Assembly: GCA_041655735.1 (NCBI GenBank)
Contig: JBBAEV010000001.1
Coordinates: 2,890 to 66,889, forward strand
Direction: 5' to 3'
Length of the DNA stretch: 64,000 nt
Origin: Bacilli bacterium
GTDB lineage: Bacteria; Bacillota_I; Bacilli_A; RF39; UBA660
Below are positions 1-7,939 of the stretch, one piece after another (position 1 is the stretch's first letter; each line of letters begins with the position of its first letter). A program made the translations under genes and the position numbers. The notes under the pieces were generated by a model. The model saw nothing but the letters and a program-made list of their open reading frames with translations. It had not been told where the DNA came from and did not search any database.

Positions 1-587
1 TCATCAAATTTAAAGTAATATGGAAGATGATAGTTATCACATTTTTTAACAAGATAAGTTACAATTCTATGTATGTCAACAGATTCAGTATTTAAATATA
101 ATCTATGTTCTACTCTAGGATATTCATCTTTTTTAGCAGTTACATATCTAGAGCATACATGGATCCAGCCACTTCCTTCTCCTAAGGATTTCCAATTATA
201 TTTATCTAACGCTTCACTTACTTCACTATCATTATTTCCATATAAAATATTTAGCATTTCTTTCCTAGTGGAAACATCAGGAACTGTTTTTAAGTATTCC
301 CTCATCTTAATAAAATCGGAGCCAAATTTACCTTTTTGTCTCAGATCTATAAACCTTTCTCTAGTCATTTCAACTACATTCTTTTTCCATTGATTAAACA
401 TCATTGAATAAAATATATCAGAATCACTTTCGTAATATTGTCTAGTGTATTGTTTTATTTCTGTTTCAATAAGTTTATTGTATAAGTCACCTGAATTTTT
501 TGAGTCCGAATATGCTTGTACTAACATTTCAATAATAGAATCATTTAAAGGATTCTGAATTTGATTATATAAATCTATTAGTTCCAT
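1..587 (-). CDS. hypothetical protein, N-terminal 195 aa; 3' end runs off the window edge
   Basis: Uninterrupted minus-strand frame from ATG 587..585 to position 1 (not in the ORF track because it has no stop in the window). RBS GGAGG at 592-596. Starts 12 nt downstream of the 600..1124 ORF, so likely co-operonic. No family recognised. Confidence 0.5.
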   Translation of the reverse strand, partial: MELIDLYNQIQNPLNDSIIEMLVQAYSDSKNSGDLYNKLIETEIKQYTRQYYESDSDIFYSMMFNQWKKNVVEMTRERFIDLRQKGKFGSDFIKMREYLKTVPDVSTRKEMLNILYGNNDSEVSEALDKYNWKSLGEGSGWIHVCSRYVTAKKDEYPRVEHRLYLNTESVDIHRIVTYLVKKCDNYHLPYYFKFD

Positions 588-599
588 AATAACCTCCTA

Positions 600-1124
600 T
601 TATTGTTCATTTTTATTAAGTTTGTCCTTAACCCTATTACATTCACTTGTTATAATTTGTTTTAAGTCTAACAATTTACTTATTTTTTTAAATTCTTCTA
701 CTTCCCTGTCATATGTACCAACTATTTTAAAATAATAATTATACCATATTTCCCAGTATGTAAGCCTTTCAGGATCAGCTTCGGTAAAATAATTGTTTTT
801 TAAATTCCTTAGATCATTTTTTTCTAGTTCACTAATTAAAAAATGATTTTCATCCAAATCTATGGAGTAAGAATCTGTAGTTTCTTTATCATGCCCAGTA
901 AAACTATAATATGTATGAGAAACTGTTTTAATCCATTTAACTTTTTGTTTTTCAAAATCATATATACCTTTTATCTCTATACTGGTCTTAATAGGCTCCC
1001 CTTTAATCATATCACCATCATTAAAATAGTAATGTACAAGTTTTAATTTATTAATCTTAAATGGTATATTGTTTTCAGTTTCTTTTATACTTACTAAGTC
1101 AGAAAAATCATCATTATTATTCAT
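600..1124 (-). CDS. hypothetical protein (174 aa)
   Basis: ORF with RBS AAAGGAGG 6 nt upstream of the ATG at 1124. First gene of a two-gene operon. No recognisable motifs. Confidence 0.5.
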   Translation of the reverse strand: MNNNDDFSDLVSIKETENNIPFKINKLKLVHYYFNDGDMIKGEPIKTSIEIKGIYDFEKQKVKWIKTVSHTYYSFTGHDKETTDSYSIDLDENHFLISELEKNDLRNLKNNYFTEADPERLTYWEIWYNYYFKIVGTYDREVEEFKKISKLLDLKQIITSECNRVKDKLNKNEQ

Positions 1125-1291
1125 ATAGTCCTCCTTTATATTCTACTACGATAATTATAGCATTTTTCTTTTTCACTAAACAAATTTATATAATATAGTT
1201 TTACAATCACTTTATATACACTAAAACAAATTTTTTTATAATTATCTCGTCCTTGGAGTCATTTGGGAGTCAATATATTACTCCATAATAA

Positions 1292-1312
1292 AACCCTTAC
1301 AATGTAAGGGTT
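1292..1312 (-). terminator. GC-cored hairpin AACCCTTAC-AAT-GTAAGGGTT followed by a T-run on the minus strand; probable intrinsic terminator of the pseudogene transcript
   Basis: Perfect inverted repeat seen directly. On the minus strand it is followed by TTATTATGG. Confidence 0.4.
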
Positions 1313-1379
1313 AATAATGAACTGACTTCATAAAGTTGGAGACAAATTTAACGAACTCCATACCTTATTTATGTTGTAT

Positions 1380-1897
1380 TTAATCTTTTATTTCTTTTAC
1401 AACATTTTTTGATATTTCCAAACACATTTGTGATGTATTAGACATTTCCTCTTTTATAAATCTGTTTTTTGTCTGTTGTTTTAACTCTGAATCAATAATA
1501 TCTAGCGCTTTCCCATATTGCATATTTACAGCTGTTTCTATTAGTTTCCAACCATACTCTTTTATTTGATTGTTAATAGATGGGGTACGATGAGCCTAAT
1601 ATACAACGAATTCTTTAATAAGAAGTCCTTCTTCAAAGCTTGGATAATAAGATGGGTCTAATATAATTTTATCAATTGTACTTGCCCATTTTTTTTCTAA
1701 ACGAGAAAGTTCATTTTCCCACTTCTTATCGGAACCATAAAAATAATCTTCATAGCATTGATTCATATATGGTACATTACATATAATTTGATTGTTTTTA
1801 ATATTTAATAAATTAAATTTTTTTCTTGTGAAGAAAAGTTTTTTGAATATAATTGTGGTACAAAGTGTTGCCTTTTTCGTTTGTCTTCTTTTGTCAT
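1380..1897 (-). pseudogene. frameshifted DUF4238-like gene remnant
   Basis: Good RBS (AGGTGG, 5 nt, ATG at 1897). N-terminus MTKEDKRKRQHFVPQLYSKNFS matches the HxVPQxYLxxF opening I associate with DUF4238 proteins. The frame is broken twice: three consecutive fragments of 30, about 57 and about 78 codons in different frames span 1380-1897. No ORF of 60 aa or more on either strand. Confidence 0.45.
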
Positions 1898-1982
1898 AAT
1901 TACCACCTAAAAATATTATACCATAACAAAAAACAATTATTAAAAACTGCTTTTCAGTGAAAACAAGGGTAAAACAAAATTA

Positions 1983-2005
1983 AATCCCTTATAATATAAG
2001 GGATT
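1983..2005 (-). terminator. hairpin AATCCCTTAT-AAT-ATAAGGGATT plus T-run; intrinsic terminator of the MerR-family gene
   Basis: Perfect palindrome 60 nt downstream of the 2066 stop on the minus strand, followed by TAATTTTGTTTT. Confidence 0.5.
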
Positions 2006-2065
2006 ATATTCAAATAACTAAGAAAATACAATTAAATTGTTTTTTTCTCAAACTTATACCACCAA

Positions 2066-2878
2066 TTACTTTGTTGTATCAAACATTGCATATTGTTTCA
2101 TCACCTGTTGATAAACAGAAATAATAGAAGCTTTTGTTTGTTCTGGAGCAAAACTTATTCCTGATAAACTTATATAAGAATAACTATCTTTAGGAAGCGA
2201 ATCCACATATTCTGATAAATTTTCTAATATTTCTTTTCCATTAATTCTTAATTGAGATATATTTAAAAATGTAACTTCTTTAATGTCCTTATTTTTAAAA
2301 ATTTCAAAACTTATACCTGTAAATATATCTCCCGCAGCATTTGACCAAAATGGATCCATTTGATCTTTAGTATTAAATATATTAGCCTTTAATTCTTCTA
2401 ATAATATTAAACAATTATCAAAATCACTTTCCTGATATAATTCATAACACTTTAATAATCTCTCTTTAGCGCTATTATATTTTTCTTTCATATTCATTTC
2501 CCTCCTTTCTTCTTTATTTATGAGGTTAATTAATTCTTTTTCAAAGCTTTGTTTTCTATTTCTTAGTTTTTTTATAATCTCTTCTATATCCTTTATACTT
2601 CTCAACTTAATATTAACTTCATCTTGTAATTCTTTTTTTCTAGAATTTAAAAAGTTTTCATCATATTTATTTAAAAGTCTTAAGATATCTTTTAATTTAA
2701 ATCCCATATTTTTCAGTTTTTTTATCATTTTTAATTTTAAAAGTTGATCTTTTGTATAATATCTATAGCTATTATACTCACCAATTACTTTAGGTTTTAA
2801 TAATTCTAAATTATCATAATATCTTAAAGTTTGAATAGAAGTATCACTAATTTTAGAAAACTCACTAATTTGATACAT
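2066..2878 (-). CDS. MerR-family transcriptional regulator with long C-terminal coiled-coil/unknown domain
   Basis: N-terminal MerR helix-turn-helix signature (YQISEFSKISDTSIQTLRYYDNLELLKP). Confidence 0.65.
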   Translation of the reverse strand: MYQISEFSKISDTSIQTLRYYDNLELLKPKVIGEYNSYRYYTKDQLLKLKMIKKLKNMGFKLKDILRLLNKYDENFLNSRKKELQDEVNIKLRSIKDIEEIIKKLRNRKQSFEKELINLINKEERREMNMKEKYNSAKERLLKCYELYQESDFDNCLILLEELKANIFNTKDQMDPFWSNAAGDIFTGISFEIFKNKDIKEVTFLNISQLRINGKEILENLSEYVDSLPKDSYSYISLSGISFAPEQTKASIISVYQQVMKQYAMFDTTK

Positions 2879-2948
2879 TTATTTCACCTCACATATACAC
2901 CATAACATTATAGTAAACTATAGAGTCAATATATAATATAAAAATTAG

Positions 2949-3539
2949 TTATTCCTTCAATATTTTTCTTAATTCTTTATAATTGGGAATATAATAACTT
3001 ACTAATTCCCAAAATTTTTTAGAATGATTAAAATGAATAAAATGACATAGTTCATGTAAAATAACATAATCAATAATATTAACATCTTTCTTTATTAATT
3101 CTAAATTTAAAGTTATTTTATGAAGTCTTCTGTTACATACTCCCCATCTACTTTTCATCTTTCTTATTCTTATAATAGGTCTTGAAATATTACCCTCAAA
3201 CTTAGAAAATACATAATTAAATCTTTCCTCAAAAACTTTTTCAGCTTGCTTTCTATACCATTTATCAACACCATCTAATTCTGATTTATTAGTTACTTCA
3301 TAAGTTTGTCCCAAATAATAAAAATCATCTTTTTTATTTTGTCTACTTAACTCTTTACTTATCATATTTCTTATAGAGTCTATATTATCATCAATAAAAT
3401 TAGCTATTTCTCTTTTACTTACAAAGTAATTAGTGGTTACATAAATACCTAAATCTTCTTTTACTCTTAAATATGTATGTTTATTTTTTTTCCTTTGAAT
3501 AATTACATCATATTTATTACCATTTATTACTACATTCAT
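2949..3539 (-). CDS. YgjP/DUF45 (M48-like) metal-dependent hydrolase
   Basis: HELCHFIHFNHSKKFW zinc-binding motif typical of the YgjP/DUF45 family. Confidence 0.65.
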   Translation of the reverse strand: MNVVINGNKYDVIIQRKKNKHTYLRVKEDLGIYVTTNYFVSKREIANFIDDNIDSIRNMISKELSRQNKKDDFYYLGQTYEVTNKSELDGVDKWYRKQAEKVFEERFNYVFSKFEGNISRPIIRIRKMKSRWGVCNRRLHKITLNLELIKKDVNIIDYVILHELCHFIHFNHSKKFWELVSYYIPNYKELRKILKE

Positions 3540-3573
3540 AATACCACCTCTTTTATTATATCAAAAAGGCGGC

Positions 3574-5508
3574 TTAGAAGCCACCGCCTCCACCGCCTCC
3601 GCCACCGCCTCCGCCGCCGCCAGAGAATCCTCCTCCAGAACCTGATGCAGAAGACGCACGAGATGACGCTATTGCGCTATTAATGCTTTGATTTAATGAT
3701 GAAACTATATTTGAGGAAAATCCTCCATGATATAAATACATATATGTAAACATTGAAGTATTTGTATTAACATTCATTTCTTTTATCTTTATTTGCATAG
3801 CCCTTTCTACTTTATCCGCAACACCAAGTACTGTCGCATATACTAAATATTTTTCCCATAAAGCAATTTCTGGTAATTCTTTTTCATTAAATCTACCAAA
3901 ATGTAATAAAAATTTTTTAAATGCCATCCATTTACTATAATGGTCCATTCCTAATTCTGTTTTCTTAGTAAACATTGCGATATATAAACCAAATACCATT
4001 ACTAATCCTACTACTGGCACTATTACTAATGTATGTAAATTAAATATAAAATTCATAAATATTAAAAGTATTCCTATGGTTAAATATGTACCACCTATTT
4101 TTTTACCCTGCATATTATTTTTATCAAAGAAACCTTTACTAGATGATTCACTTCTTACTTCGCTACGCCATTCATTATAATTTTTTAAAAATTCTAATGC
4201 TGAACTTCTTTCTTTTGATTGATCTTTAATTTGACTAATAGTTACTTCTTTTTTATTCCCTATTTCATTTAACAACCAATTTTTTAAAAATTCTTCATCA
4301 GGGGTTAAAGTAATTTTTATATTAGCCATATTATCTTTTAATAGATAATCTTCTGTTTTTCTTTTAAAGATACCTTTTTCTGTTTTTATTTTTTCTATTA
4401 TAAATACTTTTTTTCTAACCAAATCTAAAATAGAAGCCGAAAAGTCTAATGGTTCTACTTTTTTATTTCTAATTAAATAACCAACTGTGGCCGGTCCATA
4501 ATCACCTACAAATTCACGATAGTATTCACCAAAAAAATTTGGTTTTAATTCTTTATCATACTTCTTATAAATATGAATGAATATAAATACCAAACCAATT
4601 ATCCATCCATAACATATAAATCTAAATACACTAGTTAAAGTTTCTTTTAACTCTTCATTTCTTTTTATTTTATCTCTTTCTTTATTAGCCGCATCCGCTC
4701 TTTCTTTTTCTACAGTAAGTATATTATTTAATCCATCAACATTAGAAATTTTAGTTGCATTAGGCACTAACTCTTTATCAAAAGTCATTCTAATATCAAT
4801 AGGAGTACCAGCATATAAATTATTAATTTTAGCTTCTATATACTTATTATTATAAGGATCTACCTCTCCATATAAGGGCCCATGAGCCCATACTTTTAAA
4901 TCACTACTTTCATCAGGTAATGTTACTCTAATTTGAACATTATCCATATCATCTTTAAACTCTGAACCAATAAAATTCCAATAAAGTTCTGCGATATCAT
5001 TGTGTACCACTATTACATCTTCTACTTTATATTCAATATAAAAACCAGTTTTACCCCCAGTATTATAATTAAACATTTTTAAATTAATACCATCAGTTAT
5101 TGTATTTTTTTCATATACATAAGAATCCCCCAATGAACCTTGATTAACTAATGAAAACTGTTTACCTTTATTATAAAAATCAGCAAAACTATAATTAGAT
5201 GAATACGCTGTTTCATATATTTTAATATCACTTATACCACTACTATTATAAATAGATGAATTACTATAAAAAGCATCTAATCCAGTAAGATTTTTACTAT
5301 TACTATTCTTATATTTAATATCTCTGTTATATCCATTAAAAGATCCATTTAATATAAGCATTTCTTTTACATCCATTGAACCATCTTCATTAATATAAGC
5401 ATCAATTAAGAAATCTTTTAATGTATAATTTACTTCTAATGCAAATGTTTTTATTGGTATAAGAATTATCCCTAAAACAAATAACATACTAAATAATATT
5501 CTTTTCAT
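3574..5508 (-). CDS. DUF2207-type membrane protein with signal peptide and Gly-rich C-terminus
   Basis: The ORF runs to 5520, but RBS GGAGGA lies inside codons 2-3, so the start is probably the ATG at 5508 (MKRILFSMLFVLG... signal peptide). Large extracytoplasmic domain, TM segments, and C-terminal SGSGGGFSGGGGGGGGGGGGGGF encoded by a (GGN)n tract at 3578-3640. Adjacent to lemA, as is common for DUF2207 genes. Confidence 0.55.
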   Translation of the reverse strand: MKRILFSMLFVLGIILIPIKTFALEVNYTLKDFLIDAYINEDGSMDVKEMLILNGSFNGYNRDIKYKNSNSKNLTGLDAFYSNSSIYNSSGISDIKIYETAYSSNYSFADFYNKGKQFSLVNQGSLGDSYVYEKNTITDGINLKMFNYNTGGKTGFYIEYKVEDVIVVHNDIAELYWNFIGSEFKDDMDNVQIRVTLPDESSDLKVWAHGPLYGEVDPYNNKYIEAKINNLYAGTPIDIRMTFDKELVPNATKISNVDGLNNILTVEKERADAANKERDKIKRNEELKETLTSVFRFICYGWIIGLVFIFIHIYKKYDKELKPNFFGEYYREFVGDYGPATVGYLIRNKKVEPLDFSASILDLVRKKVFIIEKIKTEKGIFKRKTEDYLLKDNMANIKITLTPDEEFLKNWLLNEIGNKKEVTISQIKDQSKERSSALEFLKNYNEWRSEVRSESSSKGFFDKNNMQGKKIGGTYLTIGILLIFMNFIFNLHTLVIVPVVGLVMVFGLYIAMFTKKTELGMDHYSKWMAFKKFLLHFGRFNEKELPEIALWEKYLVYATVLGVADKVERAMQIKIKEMNVNTNTSMFTYMYLYHGGFSSNIVSSLNQSINSAIASSRASSASGSGGGFSGGGGGGGGGGGGGGF

Positions 5509-5527
5509 AATATCCTCCATTAAAAAT

Positions 5528-5548
5528 GCTTACATATGTAAGCATCTT
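5528..5548 (-). terminator. perfect palindrome ATGCTTACATATGTAAGCAT between lemA and the DUF2207 gene; probable attenuator or partial terminator
   Basis: Seen directly; followed on the minus strand by a short U-run and then the RBS of the downstream gene. Confidence 0.3.
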
Positions 5549-5549
5549 A

Positions 5550-6098
5550 TTAAAATTTAACTTCTGGTGTTTTTCTATCTGCTTCATCAATTTCAAAGAA
5601 TTTTTCCTTCTTAAAGTTAAACATATTCGCAATTATACTAGAAGGAAACATTTCTACTTTATTATTTAAAGAAAGCACTGTATCATTATAAAACTGTCTT
5701 GCATAAGCAATTTTTTCTTCTACTTCTTTTAATTGATTTTGTAAATTTACAAAATTTTCATTAGCTTTTAAATCAGGATATGATTCTGCCAAAGCAAATA
5801 ACCTTCCTAACGCTTGAGTAAGCTCTCCATTTGCATTCATTTCTTCAGTAGGTGTTGTTGCGCTATTAAAACTATTTCTAGCTTTAATAACACTATCAAA
5901 AGTTTCCTTTTCATGTTTGGCATAACCTTTTACTGTTTCTACTAAATTAGGTATTAAATCAACTCTTCTTTTTAATTGGACATCAATTTGTGACCATTGA
6001 TCTTTTACCCTGTTTCTAAGTACTACTAACTTATTATAGTTACCTATTACTAATAATATTAATATTACTACTATTCCTAAAATTATATATAATACCAT
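5550..6098 (-). CDS. lemA: LemA family protein
   Basis: N-terminal TM followed by the [47 protein letters not shown] LemA signature. Confidence 0.8.
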   Translation of the reverse strand: MVLYIILGIVVILILLVIGNYNKLVVLRNRVKDQWSQIDVQLKRRVDLIPNLVETVKGYAKHEKETFDSVIKARNSFNSATTPTEEMNANGELTQALGRLFALAESYPDLKANENFVNLQNQLKEVEEKIAYARQFYNDTVLSLNNKVEMFPSSIIANMFNFKKEKFFEIDEADRKTPEVKF

Positions 6099-6213
6099 TT
6101 TATCCTCTCCTTTTAATTATATTATATCATATTAATAATCTATCGCAATTATTAAATTATTAATACATAAAAAAATAGTCAAGTAACAAAATAGAAATGA
6201 AAGGAGTCATTAT

Positions 6214-6423
6214 ATGAACTTAGATATTAGAAAATATATCATTAATAATTTTAAAGAATCAAATTTAAATGATATAGAAGAATCTATTAATGAAAGCATT
6301 AAAAATGAAGAAGAAGTAACGCTACCAGGATTAGGTGCGTTAATGGAAATATTATGGAAAGAAAGCAATAAAAGTGAAAAAAACAAAATACTTCAAAACA
6401 TAAAGAAAGGATTGTCTACATAA
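6214..6423 (+). CDS. sspI: small acid-soluble spore protein SspI-like (69 aa)
   Basis: RBS AAAGGAG. Motif EEEVTLPGLGALMEILWKESNKSEKNKILQNIKKGL parallels B. subtilis SspI (…EEKMLPGLGVLFEVIW…SEKNEML…GL), recalled from memory. Length matches. Confidence 0.5.
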   Translation: MNLDIRKYIINNFKESNLNDIEESINESIKNEEEVTLPGLGALMEILWKESNKSEKNKILQNIKKGLST

Positions 6424-6434
6424 GATAATCCTTT

Positions 6435-7010
6435 TTATTTTAAAGCATTAATTAATTCATCTTTTTTCATTTTAGAATATCCTTCAATATTCTTTTCTTT
6501 TGCCATTTCTTTTAATTCAGCAACCTTTAATGTAGATAAATCAGTATCTTCTTTCTTTTCTTCTTTCTTTTCTACTTTCTTTTCTACTTGCTTTTCTTCT
6601 TTTTTTGTTTCTTTTTTATTTTCTATTTTAGGTTCTTCTACTTTGATTGCTTTCCCTTCAAGACCAGCTTTCGCAACTTTTACAAGTTCACTAAATCCTT
6701 TAGGATCATTTATCGCAACTTCAGAAAGCATTTTACGATTAATAGTAACCCCTGCTTTATTTAAACCATCGATAAGTCTTGAATAACTTATTTCATTTTC
6801 TCTACATGCTGCATTTATTCTAATAATCCATAACTTTCTAAATTCTCTTTTCTTTTGTTTTCTATCACGATATGCATACGCTAATGAATGCATCACTTGT
6901 TCTTTAGCAGTACGATATAATCTATGTTTGCTTCCAAAATAACCTTTTGCTTGTTTTAATACTTTTTTATGACGTGCTCTAGTAATTTTACCCGGTTTTA
7001 TTTTTGCCAT
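6435..7010 (-). CDS. rplT: 50S ribosomal protein L20 with about 70-aa C-terminal extension (KE-rich linker plus Rho_N-like motif)
   Basis: Residues 1-120 are canonical L20 ([18 protein letters not shown]…[11 protein letters not shown]…). They are followed by a K/E-rich low-complexity linker and [34 protein letters not shown], which matches the Rho N-terminal (Rho_N/SAP-like) motif. Confidence 0.85.
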   Translation of the reverse strand: MAKIKPGKITRARHKKVLKQAKGYFGSKHRLYRTAKEQVMHSLAYAYRDRKQKKREFRKLWIIRINAACRENEISYSRLIDGLNKAGVTINRKMLSEVAINDPKGFSELVKVAKAGLEGKAIKVEEPKIENKKETKKEEKQVEKKVEKKEEKKEDTDLSTLKVAELKEMAKEKNIEGYSKMKKDELINALK

Positions 7011-7022
7011 TTTTATTCCTCC

Positions 7023-7226
7023 TTACTGATTGTTTATGAGATTCTTTAATCTAGATTTATCAGCACTACTTAAAGATTCACCAAAACGTTTCTTTCTATT
7101 AAAATTTGCATTCTTTTTCCCCGTATTATGACGAGCTCCTGATTTACCTCTCTTTATTGAACCACTAGGTCTTACTTTTATAACTTTCGCAAGCCCTTTG
7201 TGAGTTTTTTGTGTTTTCTTTGCCAT
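7023..7226 (-). CDS. rpmI: 50S ribosomal protein L35
   Basis: MAKKTQKTHKGLAKVIKV… L35 signature. Position between infC and rplT. Confidence 0.85.
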   Translation of the reverse strand: MAKKTQKTHKGLAKVIKVRPSGSIKRGKSGARHNTGKKNANFNRKKRFGESLSSADKSRLKNLINNQ

Positions 7227-7237
7227 TATTATTCCTC

Positions 7238-7783
7238 CTATTTATCTTTTTTTGTAATTAATATCATTATCATACTTCTACCATCAAGTTTAGGTTTTTG
7301 TTCAATTTCAGCAATATCACTAAGTTCACTCGCAAACCTATACATAACTTCTTCTCCAATTTCTGTATGAGTCATTTGACGCCCTTTAAATCTAATAGAA
7401 ATCTTTATTTTACTACCTTTTTCCAAGTATTTACGTACATTTTTTAGTTTAGTATCAAAGTCATGTTTATCAATTACAGGAGATAATCTAAATTCCTTTA
7501 AAACTAAATTACTTTGACGTTGTTTCTTATTAGCTTCTTTTTGTTTCTTTTGTTTTTCATAACGAAACTTATTATAATCCATTAATTTACACACTGGTGG
7601 TGTTGCATTAGGATTAATAAGTACTAAATCAAAACCTGAATATGAAGCTAAGGTTAAAGCATCCCCCTTAGTTTTAATACCTAATTGTTCTCCATTTGGT
7701 CCAATTACTAAAACTTGTTCTGATTTGATTTGGTCATTAACTGGTAATTCTTTATTCTTATTTGCTATAGTTAGCACCTCCAT
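7238..7783 (-). CDS. infC: translation initiation factor IF-3; true start probably the AUA at 7768..7766
   Basis: IF3 N- and C-domain motifs. The annotated ATG at 7783 has no RBS and lies inside the upstream terminator U-tract. GGAGGTG (7781..7775) is followed 6 nt later by an in-frame ATA, consistent with the atypical AUU/AUA starts used for infC autoregulation. Confidence 0.85.
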   Translation of the reverse strand: MEVLTIANKNKELPVNDQIKSEQVLVIGPNGEQLGIKTKGDALTLASYSGFDLVLINPNATPPVCKLMDYNKFRYEKQKKQKEANKKQRQSNLVLKEFRLSPVIDKHDFDTKLKNVRKYLEKGSKIKISIRFKGRQMTHTEIGEEVMYRFASELSDIAEIEQKPKLDGRSMIMILITKKDK

Positions 7784-7796
7784 ATAAAATTAAAAA

Positions 7797-7822
7797 GTGG
7801 ATAAAATATATCCACTTAAAAG
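7797..7822 (-). terminator. intrinsic terminator after thrS (AGTGGATA-N-TATCCACT plus UUUUUAAUUUU) immediately before the infC RBS
   Basis: Perfect 8-bp inverted repeat and T-run seen directly. Could double as a regulated attenuator of the infC-rpmI-rplT operon. Confidence 0.5.
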
Positions 7823-7939
7823 CTTTATTGTTCGGCTCCTTACCTATTACCATTGGCAATCAGGTGAGATGTGGATACATCTTCTTTCCTTTTTAAACTA
7901 TATTACATTATATACATATTATATGTGTATGTCAAATAA

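Noticed and set aside
73-393. Plus-strand 106-aa ORF
   Set aside because: Entirely antisense to the continuous minus-strand coding frame 587..1. It has no RBS and is low-complexity and Phe/Leu/Ser-rich, as expected for an AT-rich antisense frame. Spurious.
843-1046. Plus-strand 67-aa ORF inside the 600..1124 gene
   Set aside because: Antisense overlap with a better-supported minus-strand gene. No RBS. Hydrophobic junk composition.
3578-3640. GC-rich (GGN)n tandem tract considered as a possible repeat element or CRISPR-like array
   Set aside because: It is in-frame coding sequence for the poly-Gly C-terminus of the DUF2207 protein. Period 3, no spacers.
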